Shown here piece after piece: positions 52,435 to 61,315 of a DNA stretch of 64,000 nucleotides; positions within the stretch are counted from its first letter, which is position 1; the number at the start of each line of letters is the position of its first letter. The stretch is from contig JAPOTY010000015.1 of the NCBI GenBank assembly GCA_026708965.1, positions 642-64,641 of the forward strand, given 5' to 3'. The notes beneath the pieces were generated by a model. The model saw nothing but the letters and a program-made list of their open reading frames with translations. It was not told where the DNA came from and did not search any database. Source of the stretch: Gammaproteobacteria bacterium. Lineage in GTDB: Bacteria > Pseudomonadota > Gammaproteobacteria > Steroidobacterales > Foliamicaceae. The translations under genes were made by a program, and so were the position numbers.

Positions 52435-52515
52435 CCGCCGCCCGGCTTGCGGATGGCCCGCTCATTCCAGCGCCGCGCGCCGGACCCGGTTTTTCCCACG
52501 ATTTGGAGCACACGC

Positions 52516-53532
52516 ATGACGAGAAGCTTGATTGCAGCCCTGCTGCTGGCGGCCGCCTCCATCCAGGCCGCGCCGGAAACCGATCCGTTCGCCCGCGACC
52601 TGCTGATTCTGACCGGCTGGTTCGAGGGCGGGTTCGATAACGAGGAGCAACGCTGGTTCCAAGCCGACCCGCGGTCGAACATGCCCGAAGACCAGCGGCA
52701 TGTGCGGGTGCATGCCGCCCACAAGCGCATCGAGGCGCCGGACTTCGGCGAGCATGTGTTCTACGTGGAGGAGTACACCCACGACGACCCCGAAAGGGTG
52801 TACCGCCAACGCCTCGTGATCTTTTCATCGGCCCCGGATGAGGGCGGCATTCGCATGCAACAAGGCTTCTTCCACGAACCCGGACGTTTTCTCGGAGCGC
52901 AGAACCAACCCGGCCTGCTCAAGGACCTCAAGCCTTCCGATGCCTTTTTTCTCGACCAGTGCGATGTTTACTTCAAGCGCGTGGCCGGGCAGTTCGAAGG
53001 CGGCATGCGGCCCAAAGCCTGCGTTTTTGGCGAAGGCGAGCTGCGGCGCTATTCCGTGCATAACCTGCGCCTTTCCGCCAACCAGTACTGGCGGGTCGAT
53101 TCCACTTTCCTAGTGGCGGACGACACGCTGCATGTGGGCATGCCTGCGGACCGGCCCTTCGAATTGCGCCGCGCCAAGCGCTTCAACTGCGGCATCACTT
53201 TCGACCCGCGCGGACCCGAGCCCCAGGAGATCAGCGATATTTCGCTTCACAGCCAAGGCGGGTCCGCCGAGGTCACCCGGCAGCGCGACGGGCAGCCATT
53301 CATGCTTCTGATGCGCGACAAGGAATATCCCTACTACTCGACGCGCCCCGATTTCATCTATTTCTCCATCCGCAGGAAGGGCGAGCAGGCATCGGTTGTT
53401 TTCACCGTCAACGATCCGGATTCACGGTCGCTGGGCGTTAATACCGGCGAGCTCCTGGCCTACTGCCACCGGGAAGGCTACGAGTTTCGTGAATCCTTGG
53501 AGGCACTGGCCAATTCCGGCGGCCAGCGCTGA
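52516..53532 (+). CDS. Secreted CpcT/CpeT (T-type bilin lyase)-like protein with C-terminal extension
   Basis: Signal peptide; WFEGGFDNEEQ, FYVEEY, VYRQRL, QCDVYF, ACVF; GGAG RBS. Confidence 0.75.
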   Translation: MTRSLIAALLLAAASIQAAPETDPFARDLLILTGWFEGGFDNEEQRWFQADPRSNMPEDQRHVRVHAAHKRIEAPDFGEHVFYVEEYTHDDPERVYRQRLVIFSSAPDEGGIRMQQGFFHEPGRFLGAQNQPGLLKDLKPSDAFFLDQCDVYFKRVAGQFEGGMRPKACVFGEGELRRYSVHNLRLSANQYWRVDSTFLVADDTLHVGMPADRPFELRRAKRFNCGITFDPRGPEPQEISDISLHSQGGSAEVTRQRDGQPFMLLMRDKEYPYYSTRPDFIYFSIRRKGEQASVVFTVNDPDSRSLGVNTGELLAYCHREGYEFRESLEALANSGGQR

Positions 53533-53686
53533 TCTCCAGGAGCATCCCCGATCGAATCCGGCGAGGAGTCCGATTGCGCCAAAAGCCCCGCCGCATCGCT
53601 AGCCGCGCAGGCGGTGCGCCTAAAGCCGACAATCGCGAACGATTTCCGGCTTGCTCGCGCCGAGCGCCGGGAGTAGGATCAGGCCC

Positions 53687-54061
53687 ATGAGCAACGCAAA
53701 GGAAAGCCGGTTGCGCCGGACCAGCCCGGAATTGATCGCGGTGCTGAGCCTGGGATTGACGATCCTGCTGGCAGTGCTCGGCCAAGCGGTTTGGCTGGAC
53801 GGAAAAATCGAACGGGTCGATGCCAGACTGGCCGCTCAAATCGAAAGAGTGGACACCAAGCTGACCTCAAAAATCGACAGCGTCGATGCCAAGCTGACCG
53901 CGCAAATCGAGAGTGTTGACGCCAGATTATCCGCCCGAATCGAGGGCCTCCACGCGGGCCAGGCCGCTATTCGGGAAAGGCTTGTCGCTATCGAGGCGCT
54001 GTCCGGCATGGCCGTTTCACCAACCGCAGGCAACAAGGAACCGCAAGATTCCGCACTCTGA
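53687..54061 (+). CDS. Small TM plus 11-aa (hendecad) repeat coiled-coil protein, copy 1 (Bdr/DUF1640-like repeats)
   Basis: TM LIAVLSLGLTILLAVLG; repeats IERVDARLAAQ / IERVDTKLTSK / IDSVDAKLTAQ / IESVDARLSAR. Confidence 0.75.
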   Translation: MSNAKESRLRRTSPELIAVLSLGLTILLAVLGQAVWLDGKIERVDARLAAQIERVDTKLTSKIDSVDAKLTAQIESVDARLSARIEGLHAGQAAIRERLVAIEALSGMAVSPTAGNKEPQDSAL

Positions 54062-54074
54062 CCGCATCGCTTGC

Positions 54075-54226
54075 GGCACCTGCGAATGTTCCGTATTGCG
54101 TCGCCACGGGCCGAACGGAGGCGGAAACCGAGGCGCGAATTGAAGGAGGCGATCGCATTCCACATCGACGGCCTCAAGCACACAGGCGAAGCCTTGCCCC
54201 GCCCCTTGGTGCAATATGCGGGCTAG
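54075..54226 (+). pseudogene. hicB pseudogene (5' deletion, 1-nt insertion)
   Basis: Matches 54710-54800 but lacks the start region and reads gcgaattgaagg versus gcgaatgaagg. Confidence 0.85.
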
Positions 54227-54297
54227 GCGCCTAAAGCCGACAATCGCGAACGATTTTCGGCTTGCTCGCGCCGAGCGCCGGGAGTAGGATCAGGCCC

Positions 54298-54639
54298 ATG
54301 AGCAACGCAAAGGAAAGCCGGTTGCGCCGGGCCAGCCCGGAACTGATCGCAATGCTGAGCTTGGGATTGACGATCCTGCTGGCAGTGCTCGGCCAAGCAG
54401 TCTGGCTGGACGGAAAAATCGAACGGGGCGATGCCAGACTGGCCGCGCAAATCGAAAGAGTGGATACCAAGCTGACCGCGCAAATCGAGAGTGTTGACGC
54501 CAGATTATCCGCCCGAATCGAGGACCTCCATGCGGGCCAGGCCGCTATCCGGGAAAGGCTTGTCGCCATCGAGGCGCGTTCCGGAGGGGCCGGTTCGCCA
54601 ACCGCGAACAACAAGGGGCTGCAGGACTCCACGCTCTGA
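54298..54639 (+). CDS. Small TM plus hendecad repeat protein, copy 2 (one repeat shorter)
   Basis: Paralog of 53687-54061 lacking 33 bp. Confidence 0.75.
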   Translation: MSNAKESRLRRASPELIAMLSLGLTILLAVLGQAVWLDGKIERGDARLAAQIERVDTKLTAQIESVDARLSARIEDLHAGQAAIRERLVAIEARSGGAGSPTANNKGLQDSTL

Positions 54640-54652
54640 CCGCATCACTTGC

Positions 54653-54865
54653 ATGGGATGCCTGATTGTATTAGAGAAGACTGAAACCGGATTTTCGGCC
54701 TACTCCCCGGATGTTCCGGGTTGCGTCGCCACGGGCCGAACGGAGGCGGAAACCGAGGCGCGAATGAAGGAGGCAATCGAATTCCACATCGACGACCTCA
54801 AGCGGGAGGGCTTGGCCGTGCCTCCGCCGTGCGCCAAATCCGCTTACGTGGATATCGCCGCATAG
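54653..54865 (+). CDS. hicB: HicB family antitoxin (short, no adjacent HicA)
   Basis: LEKTETGFSAYSPDVPGCVATGRT..MKEAIEFHIDDL..G..VPPP. Confidence 0.88.
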   Translation: MGCLIVLEKTETGFSAYSPDVPGCVATGRTEAETEARMKEAIEFHIDDLKREGLAVPPPCAKSAYVDIAA

Positions 54866-54869
54866 CAAG

Positions 54870-57071
54870 TTAGCCGATCTCGGCGGGGTCCACATCGACG
54901 GACCAGCTCACGCGGCGCGGGCGTTTGAGTTCGCGGACCGCGGGAATCCACCGGTCCAGGAATGATTGCAGGCGGGCGCGGCTGGCGGAGCGCGCCAGAA
55001 GCTGCGCGTGATTGCGGTCGCGGCGGCGTTCCATCAGCGCGGGGGCCGGGCCCAGCAGCTGCACGTCGGAACCGGCGGCATCCGCGCCGATAGCTGTCTT
55101 GGCGCGGTTCAGGAACTCATCGAGGCTAGCAGCCTCAGGCGCGTTGGCGCGCAGCACCGCCAGATGGGCGAAGGGCGGCCAGCCGCTGCTGCGGCGAAGC
55201 TCCAGGGCAGTGGCGGCAAAGCCGGGATAGCCCTCTTTGAGCAGTTGGCGCAATAACGGATGCTCGGGAAACCGCGTTTGCAGCACCAACAGGCCCGGCT
55301 TTTCGCGGCGGCCGGCCCGGCCGGCCACCTGAACCAGCGTTTGCGCCAGCCTTTCCGGGCCCCGGAACTCCTGCGAGAACAGGCCCTGGTCCGCGTCGAT
55401 CACCGCCACCAGGCCGAGGCTGGGGAAATCGTGGCCTTTGGTGAGCATTTGGGTGCCGAGCAGAATGCGGTAGCGGCGTTCGCGGATGCCGCCTAGGATA
55501 TGCTCCAGCCTGCGCCTGCCGCGCACATTGTCGCGGTCCATGCGCGCCACCGGGTAATCGGGGAAGCGCGCCTGAAGCTCTTCCTCCAGGCGCTCGGTTC
55601 CGCGCCCTATCGTTTGCAGCGGCGTGCCGCATTTCCCGCACACGGGCGCCGGGCGGCGCCGGGCGCCGCAATGATGGCAGAGCAGCAGGCCGCGCCGGCG
55701 GTAGAACACCATGCGCGCGTCGCAATGGCGGCATTCCTCCGCTTGCCGGCAGTCCGGACACATCAGCACCGGGGCGAAGCCGCGGCGGTTGAGGTACAGC
55801 AGCACCTGCGAGCCTGATTCAAGCTGTTCGGACATGGCCCGAACCAGCGGCGCGCTCAAACCATGCTCCGGCGGGTGCCGATTCAGATCCACGAGGCGGG
55901 CCTGCGGCGGGCGGGCGCCCGTGACCTTTTGGGTCAGGCGCCGCCGCGCGTAGCGCTTTCTTTGCACATTCAGCAAAGATTCAAGCGCCGGCGTGGCCGA
56001 CCCCAAAACGATCGGTATGCCTGCCTTGGACGCGCGCATCACGGCGAGGTCGCGGGCTTGGTAGCGGAAGCCGTCCTGTTGCTTGTAGGACGGATCGTGC
56101 TCCTCGTCCACCACGATCAGGCCGAGTTCGCGGCAGGGGACAAACACGGCGGAGCGGGTGCCCACCACGAGCCGCGCCCGCCCGGCGCGGGCATTCGCCC
56201 AAGCGTCCAGGCGCTCGCCGTCGCTTAAGCCCGAATGCAGCACCGCCGCAGGTGCCCGGAAGCGGGCCTGAAGCCGCTCGGCCAGCTGCGGAGTCAGCCC
56301 GATTTCCGGCGCCAGCAGCAGGCATTGGCGCCCGGAAGCGAGCACCTGTTCCACCAAGTGCAGGTACACCTCCGTCTTGCCGCTGGCCGTTACGCCGTCC
56401 AGAAGATGGCAAGCATAGCCTTGGCCCATCGGCATGGCGTTCACCGCAGCGGCCTGTTCGGCGCTCAACGCAAGCGGCTTCTCGCGCAGCATATCCGCAG
56501 GGTCCGGGGAGGCAGGCGCGAAGGATTCCGCCAGCCCCTTGCCTTCGAGCAGCCGAATGATTCTCCGCCAGCCGGGCATGAGCGCAGCAAGCGCTCTCTC
56601 CTCCAAACCGTCGCGCCCAGCCTCGATCAGCCTGTCAAGCAATTGGCGCTGCCGCGGCGCGCGCGCTACGAGCCCGTGCGCTTCATTCGCAGGCTTGCCG
56701 CTTGCCCGCCAGAGAACGGGGGCCGGCGGCAAACCGGCGCCGCGTCGCAATTGCTGCGGCAAGGCGTAGGCAAGAACCTGGCCTGAAGGATGGCAGTAGT
56801 AGCGCGCCGCCCATCGCAGCACCTCGAGGGTGGCCGGGTCCCAAAGCGGCTCGGCATCCAGCGCCTTGAGCACCGGCCGCAGCCGGTCGGCGGGCACTTC
56901 CGATCCCTCAAGGTGTTCAAGCACGATGCCGGTGCGCCTTCCAGTGCCCAGCGGCACCGAAACGCGCGTCCCGATTTGCGGAACCGGCCCCTCGGCGGGC
57001 GCCAGATAGTCCAGCAAGGGCGCCGCGAAGCGCGGCCCCACCGCCACCCGCAATAAAGAATCGACCGGCAT
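54870..57071 (-). CDS. priA: Primosomal protein N'
   Basis: GVTASGKTEVY, PEIGLTPQ, VDEEHD, LNRRGFAP, zinc-finger cysteines, GTQMLTKGHDF. Confidence 0.97.
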   Translation of the reverse strand: MPVDSLLRVAVGPRFAAPLLDYLAPAEGPVPQIGTRVSVPLGTGRRTGIVLEHLEGSEVPADRLRPVLKALDAEPLWDPATLEVLRWAARYYCHPSGQVLAYALPQQLRRGAGLPPAPVLWRASGKPANEAHGLVARAPRQRQLLDRLIEAGRDGLEERALAALMPGWRRIIRLLEGKGLAESFAPASPDPADMLREKPLALSAEQAAAVNAMPMGQGYACHLLDGVTASGKTEVYLHLVEQVLASGRQCLLLAPEIGLTPQLAERLQARFRAPAAVLHSGLSDGERLDAWANARAGRARLVVGTRSAVFVPCRELGLIVVDEEHDPSYKQQDGFRYQARDLAVMRASKAGIPIVLGSATPALESLLNVQRKRYARRRLTQKVTGARPPQARLVDLNRHPPEHGLSAPLVRAMSEQLESGSQVLLYLNRRGFAPVLMCPDCRQAEECRHCDARMVFYRRRGLLLCHHCGARRRPAPVCGKCGTPLQTIGRGTERLEEELQARFPDYPVARMDRDNVRGRRRLEHILGGIRERRYRILLGTQMLTKGHDFPSLGLVAVIDADQGLFSQEFRGPERLAQTLVQVAGRAGRREKPGLLVLQTRFPEHPLLRQLLKEGYPGFAATALELRRSSGWPPFAHLAVLRANAPEAASLDEFLNRAKTAIGADAAGSDVQLLGPAPALMERRRDRNHAQLLARSASRARLQSFLDRWIPAVRELKRPRRVSWSVDVDPAEIG

Positions 57072-57121
57072 TCGGCCACGATACCCCGAACCGAATGCCG
57101 CCGCGACCACGGTCGGTATTA

Positions 57122-57149
57122 GCGTTACGTCCGGGGCCGGACGTAACGC
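57122..57149. terminator. Perfect hairpin between the VOC gene and priA
   Basis: gcgttacgtccgg-gg-ccggacgtaacgc; no clear U-tract. Confidence 0.45.
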
Positions 57150-57164
57150 GCGCCAGCTTCAGCC

Positions 57165-57659
57165 TTATCGCGCCACGTTAGCATTCCAGTTTTCAGCGGG
57201 GCGGTCGATAATATTGATCATCATGCCGTCAGGATCGCGGCAGGTCATTTCCAACTGGCGCAGGGTGTGAACGACAAGCAGTTGAGGTTCGCACACGATT
57301 TCGCCGCCAAATTCAACGATGCGGTCGCGCACCGCGCGAATATCCGTGGCGAAGAACACCATGCAGCCTTCGCCCAGATTGGCGCCCTGGTTTTCGCGCC
57401 GAACCGGCGGAGGCGAGGGCTCGACCTCGAACAGGCCCACCATGCCGAAATTGATCTCGTCGGCCTTAACGATCTCATAGCGGATCACGCTGTCTTCCGG
57501 AACCCCGATCAGCGCATGCCCCGCCTTGTGCTCAAGCACCCCGCTGGCGTAAACCTCGCGGTAGCCGAGGGCCTCCCTGTAGAAACGAACCGATCTTTCC
57601 AAATCGGAAACGAAAATGGCCGTGCGCACCAGGCGGCTGACTTGCGGCGTGTCGTTCAT
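57165..57659 (-). CDS. VOC/glyoxalase family protein
   Basis: GGAGGT RBS; RTAIFVSDLERSVRFYREALG..GMVGLFE..DPDGMMIN; resembles 24714-25211. Confidence 0.88.
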   Translation of the reverse strand: MNDTPQVSRLVRTAIFVSDLERSVRFYREALGYREVYASGVLEHKAGHALIGVPEDSVIRYEIVKADEINFGMVGLFEVEPSPPPVRRENQGANLGEGCMVFFATDIRAVRDRIVEFGGEIVCEPQLLVVHTLRQLEMTCRDPDGMMINIIDRPAENWNANVAR

Positions 57660-57814
57660 ATCGGACCTCCCTTGTGAATGAAGAGCGGCATTCCGCTCGG
57701 AGAAAAAAAGACATCGGGAAAGAAGTTCTTTAGGATTGCATCTTCCCCATCCCAATGCGGAGAATCTTGTGCTACGTTTCAGTCATCGTCAATTGCGATT
57801 CTCAAGAAATTGAC

Positions 57815-57871
57815 ATGAACGTTGAAACGCACGAAGAGCTGAAAGCCAAGAGATGGGAGATCGCGAACCGG
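57815..57871 (+). pseudogene. Probable 5' stub of a type I R-M hsdM gene
   Basis: MNVETHEELKAKRWEIANR resembles HsdM N-termini (..K.WEIANRLRG), recalled from memory. Confidence 0.5.
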
Positions 57872-57978
57872 CCCGCATACAATTGGACAACGGTGACATC
57901 CGCTTCGCCGAGCTACACTGGTATGAGGCACACGGCATCGGTCGCCGCGAACTGAAACGCAAACGCTACTTGGACTGA
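57871..57978 (+). pseudogene. 3' fragment of a small conserved hypothetical gene
   Basis: ARIQLDNGDIRFAELHWYEAHGIGRRELKRKRYLD*; C-terminus of a family I recall upstream of 57981-type genes. Confidence 0.65.
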
Positions 57979-57980
57979 AC

Positions 57981-58217
57981 ATGACTACACGAACCGCCCA
58001 CCCCGAATATGTTGTATGCGTCGAAAACGACGGTTATCCGGTTTCCTTGGAACTGCACAAGATCTACCGCACACTGCCTGACGAGGATGCGCTCGCTGAC
58101 GGCGATTTGCGCATTATCGACGAAAGCGGCGAGGACTACCTGTTTCCCGCCGCCGCTTTCGTCGCCATCACCCTGCCCGAGCGCGTCCGCTCGTCCCTCC
58201 TCAGCGCCGTCCCATAA
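57981..58217 (+). CDS. Small conserved hypothetical protein
   Basis: VCVENDGYPVSLELHKIY..LRIIDESGEDYLFP motif. Confidence 0.8.
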   Translation: MTTRTAHPEYVVCVENDGYPVSLELHKIYRTLPDEDALADGDLRIIDESGEDYLFPAAAFVAITLPERVRSSLLSAVP

Positions 58218-58267
58218 CGTTCCAAGCCATCTTTTCGTCCAACTACGCATCGTAGCTGGGTGAAGTG

Positions 58268-58345
58268 ATGCCAAAACATGCGGAGCGCGATTTCGAGACA
58301 ACGATAGAGGCCGGGTTGATCAGCGAGGGCCACGCTGCGGAGTGA
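58268..58345 (+). pseudogene. Probable 5' stub of a type I R-M hsdR gene
   Basis: MPKHAERDFETTIEAGLISEG resembles HsdR N-termini (E..FE..IEA.L), recalled from memory. Confidence 0.45.
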
Positions 58346-58382
58346 CTGGGGGCTAGCGGGGCAACCAGGCCCAAAGCCCGCG

Positions 58383-59762
58383 CTAGATTTCGTGGACGGC
58401 GCGGATGAGTTCGGCGCACATGGCCTGGCCGTCGCCGTAGAGCATTCGGGTGCGGTCCTCGTAGAAGAGGGCGTTCTCGATGCCGGAGAAGCCGGTTCCC
58501 TGGCCGCGCTTGATGACGATGGCGTTGCTGGCCTTGTCGGCATCGAGTATCGGCATGCCGTAGATGGGGCTGGCGGTATCGGTGCGGGCGGCCGTGTTGA
58601 CCACATCGTTGGCGCCGATCACCAGCGCCACGTCGGTCTTGGGGAATTCCGGGTTGATTTCCGCCTCGTCGAAGATCAGGTCGTAGGGCACGCCGGCTTC
58701 CGCCAGCAGCACGTTCATGTGCCCCGGCATGCGGCCGGCCACCGGGTGGATCGCGAATTTCACCCGCACGCCGCGCTTCATCAGCGCCTCGGCCAGCTCC
58801 CATACCTTGTGCTGGGCCTGCGCCACGGCCATGCCGTAGCCGGGAATGATGATGACCTGGCGGGCGAAGCCCAGCATGACCGCCGCGTCGATGGCCTCCA
58901 CCGGCTTCATGGCCCCCTCGATCCCGTCGCCTCCGGCGGCCGTCTCGCCGAAAGCGCTGAACAGCACATTGGCCAGCGAGCGGTTCATGGCCTTGGCCAT
59001 CAGCTGGGTCAGCAGGGTGCCGGCGGCGCCCACCACGGTGCCGGCAATAATCATGGCGGCGTTGTCCAGCACCAAGCCTTCCAAGCCCACCGCGAGTCCG
59101 GTCAGCGCGTTGTACAGCGAAATCACCACCGGCATGTCGGCGCCGCCGATCGGCATGGTGAGGGTGAGTCCCAGCAGCAGCGCCACGGCGATGAATACCG
59201 TCAGCCACGGCCCGCCCACATCCATCACGACCAGCGCGGCGGCCGCCGCCGCCACCGCCAGAATCAATACGTTGAGCGCGTTCTGGCCGGCGAAGCGCAA
59301 GGCCCGTTTCACCCAGCCTTGCAGCTTGGCGAAGGCCAGCAGGCTGCCTGAGAACGAGACCGCGCCGATCAGCGCGCCGGTCACCGCCAGCGTCGCCACC
59401 GTCCAGCTCATTCCGTCCCCGTGGCCATCGCCGAGAAGCGCCACCCAGGCGATAGCCGCCGCCGCGCCGCCGCCCATGCCGTTGTAAAGCGCGATCATTT
59501 GCGGCATGCCGGTCATCGCCACCCGGCGGCCGCTGATCCAGGCCGGCACGCCGCCGGCGATGATGGCCGCCCCGATCAGCAGGAGGTTTTCGGGCTTCAT
59601 GCCCGGCCAGAAAAAGGTCACGGCAGTGGCCAGCACCATTCCTGAGCCGGCCCAAACGATGCCGCGCCGCGCCCCGGCCGGCGAGCTCATCGCCTTCAGG
59701 CCCAGAATGAACAGGACCGCGGCCAGGAAATAGCTGGCGGCAATAAGGGTGTCAAGGCTCAT
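58383..59762 (-). CDS. pntB: NAD(P) transhydrogenase subunit beta
   Basis: PIGGADMPVVIS, PGYGMAVAQAQH, HPVAGRMPGHMNVLLAEA, GANDVVN. Confidence 0.98.
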   Translation of the reverse strand: MSLDTLIAASYFLAAVLFILGLKAMSSPAGARRGIVWAGSGMVLATAVTFFWPGMKPENLLLIGAAIIAGGVPAWISGRRVAMTGMPQMIALYNGMGGGAAAAIAWVALLGDGHGDGMSWTVATLAVTGALIGAVSFSGSLLAFAKLQGWVKRALRFAGQNALNVLILAVAAAAAALVVMDVGGPWLTVFIAVALLLGLTLTMPIGGADMPVVISLYNALTGLAVGLEGLVLDNAAMIIAGTVVGAAGTLLTQLMAKAMNRSLANVLFSAFGETAAGGDGIEGAMKPVEAIDAAVMLGFARQVIIIPGYGMAVAQAQHKVWELAEALMKRGVRVKFAIHPVAGRMPGHMNVLLAEAGVPYDLIFDEAEINPEFPKTDVALVIGANDVVNTAARTDTASPIYGMPILDADKASNAIVIKRGQGTGFSGIENALFYEDRTRMLYGDGQAMCAELIRAVHEI

Positions 59763-60061
59763 TCCTGGTCCTGGTCCCTATCCTTGCTGCGCTTGAACAT
59801 CTCCAGCATCCGCTCGGTGACCACATAGCCGCCCACCGCGTTGCCCGAGGCCAGGGCCACGCCCACAAAGCCGATCACTTTCTCCAGCGTGGTGTCCGCG
59901 AACCCCAGCGCCACCATGGCGCCAACGAGAACGATGCCGTGAATGAAGTTCGAGCCGGACATCAGCGGCGTGTGCAGGATGACCGGCACCCGCGAAATCA
60001 CCTCGTAGCCGACGAAGGCCGCCAGCATGAAGATGTACAACGCCACGAAGCCGTCGATCAT
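59759..60061 (-). CDS. pntA: NAD(P) transhydrogenase subunit alpha part 2
   Basis: LHTPLMSGSN, GGYVVTERMLEMF. Confidence 0.96.
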   Translation of the reverse strand: MIDGFVALYIFMLAAFVGYEVISRVPVILHTPLMSGSNFIHGIVLVGAMVALGFADTTLEKVIGFVGVALASGNAVGGYVVTERMLEMFKRSKDRDQDQE

Positions 60062-60067
60062 CGCGGT

Positions 60068-61183
60068 TCAGCCCCTCCTCGCGCCCGCGTAGCGGATCTC
60101 GCCCTCATGGGTCAGCAGCGTGCCCGCGAAGACCGGATCGTCCAGATCGAGCGAGAACTCGTCGCCGCTGATGGCGGGCTTGATGAAATTAAATAGGTTG
60201 CGCGAATACATGGCGCTGGCGTGGCGGGCCATCATGGCCGGCACTTTCAGGGGCGCCATGATGCGCACGCCGTTATGCTCCACCGTCTCGCCCGGGCGGC
60301 TTAATTCGCAGTTGCCGCCGCCCTCGGCCGCCAGATCCACGATCACCGAGCCCGCCCGCATCCGCTCGACCGCGGCGGCGCTCACGATGCGCGGCGAGGG
60401 CCGGCCGGGCACCGCGGCCGTGGTGATCAGCATGTCGCAGGCCGCGATATGGCGGTCCAGGGCCTTTTGCTGCATGGCTTTTTCCTCGACCGTCAGTTCC
60501 CGCGCATAGCCGCCTTCGCCGGTGGCGCTCACGCCGGAATCAACGAAGCGGGCGCCTAGGGATTCCACCTGCTCGCGGGTCTCCTCGCGCACATCGTAGG
60601 CCTCGACCACGGCGCCGAGCCGGCGCGCCGTGGCGATGGCTTGCAGCCCGGCCACGCCAACGCCCAGCACTAAGGCGCGGGCGGGGCTGATCGTGCCGGC
60701 GGCAGTGGTGAGCATGGGCAGAAATTTCTGCATCTCGTCGGCCGCCATCAGCACCGCCTTGTAGCCGGCCACCGAAGCCTGCGAGGACAGCACGTCCATC
60801 GACTGGGCGCGCGAGATGCGCGGCACCAGCTCCATCGAGAACGCCGTCACCCCGGCATCGCGCAAGGCATCCGTGGTTGCCGACGGCGCGTAGGCGTTCA
60901 AAAGACCCGCCACCATCGCGCCCTTATTCAGCTCCGCGATGCGCTCGATGGCCGGCGGCCCCACGCAAAACAAGGCATCGCAGGCCTTCGTGACGGCGGC
61001 GGGCGAAGATTCAAGCCCAATATCCTTGTAGTCGCTGTCCGAAAAACTGGCGGCAAGGCCCGCGCCCTTCTCCATCACCACGCGCAGCCCCGCCGCCTGC
61101 ATGCGCGCCCAAACCTTGGGCACCACGGCCACGCGCTTTTCGCCGGGCGCGGTCTCGCGCAAAACGCCGATGGTTAGAGGCAT
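60068..61183 (-). CDS. pntA: NAD(P) transhydrogenase subunit alpha part 1
   Basis: EKRVA, PRISRAQSMDVLSSQ, GVGVAGLQA, DLAAEGGGNC. Confidence 0.97.
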   Translation of the reverse strand: MPLTIGVLRETAPGEKRVAVVPKVWARMQAAGLRVVMEKGAGLAASFSDSDYKDIGLESSPAAVTKACDALFCVGPPAIERIAELNKGAMVAGLLNAYAPSATTDALRDAGVTAFSMELVPRISRAQSMDVLSSQASVAGYKAVLMAADEMQKFLPMLTTAAGTISPARALVLGVGVAGLQAIATARRLGAVVEAYDVREETREQVESLGARFVDSGVSATGEGGYARELTVEEKAMQQKALDRHIAACDMLITTAAVPGRPSPRIVSAAAVERMRAGSVIVDLAAEGGGNCELSRPGETVEHNGVRIMAPLKVPAMMARHASAMYSRNLFNFIKPAISGDEFSLDLDDPVFAGTLLTHEGEIRYAGARRG

Positions 61184-61265
61184 CTGGAAAAGGAAATCAT
61201 GCGCGGAAAACGGGAGTTAGCGCGCATTTTAGCCGACCGGCCGCGCCGATTTCCCCCGCCAGTCA

Positions 61266-61293
61266 TTGAAATTTCGTAATTTAGAGGTATAAG
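61266..61293 (+). promoter_or_regulatory. Putative sigma70 promoter of the HNH gene
   Basis: TTGAAA-16 bp-TATAAG in an AT-rich patch, followed by a GGGAG RBS. Confidence 0.5.
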
Positions 61294-61315
61294 GCCATCT
61301 GAAAGGGAGCGTGCG

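Larger units (their letters stand above)
53616..54865 (+). repeat. Tandem duplication, 611-bp offset (unit 1 from 53616, unit 2 from 54227)
   Basis: Both units start gcgcctaaagccgacaatcgcgaacgattt and carry a near-identical ORF followed by hicB sequence. Confidence 0.95.

Noticed and set aside
58383-61183. Split pntA as a pseudogene
   Set aside because: A three-subunit transhydrogenase is a well-known natural architecture and all three ORFs are intact.
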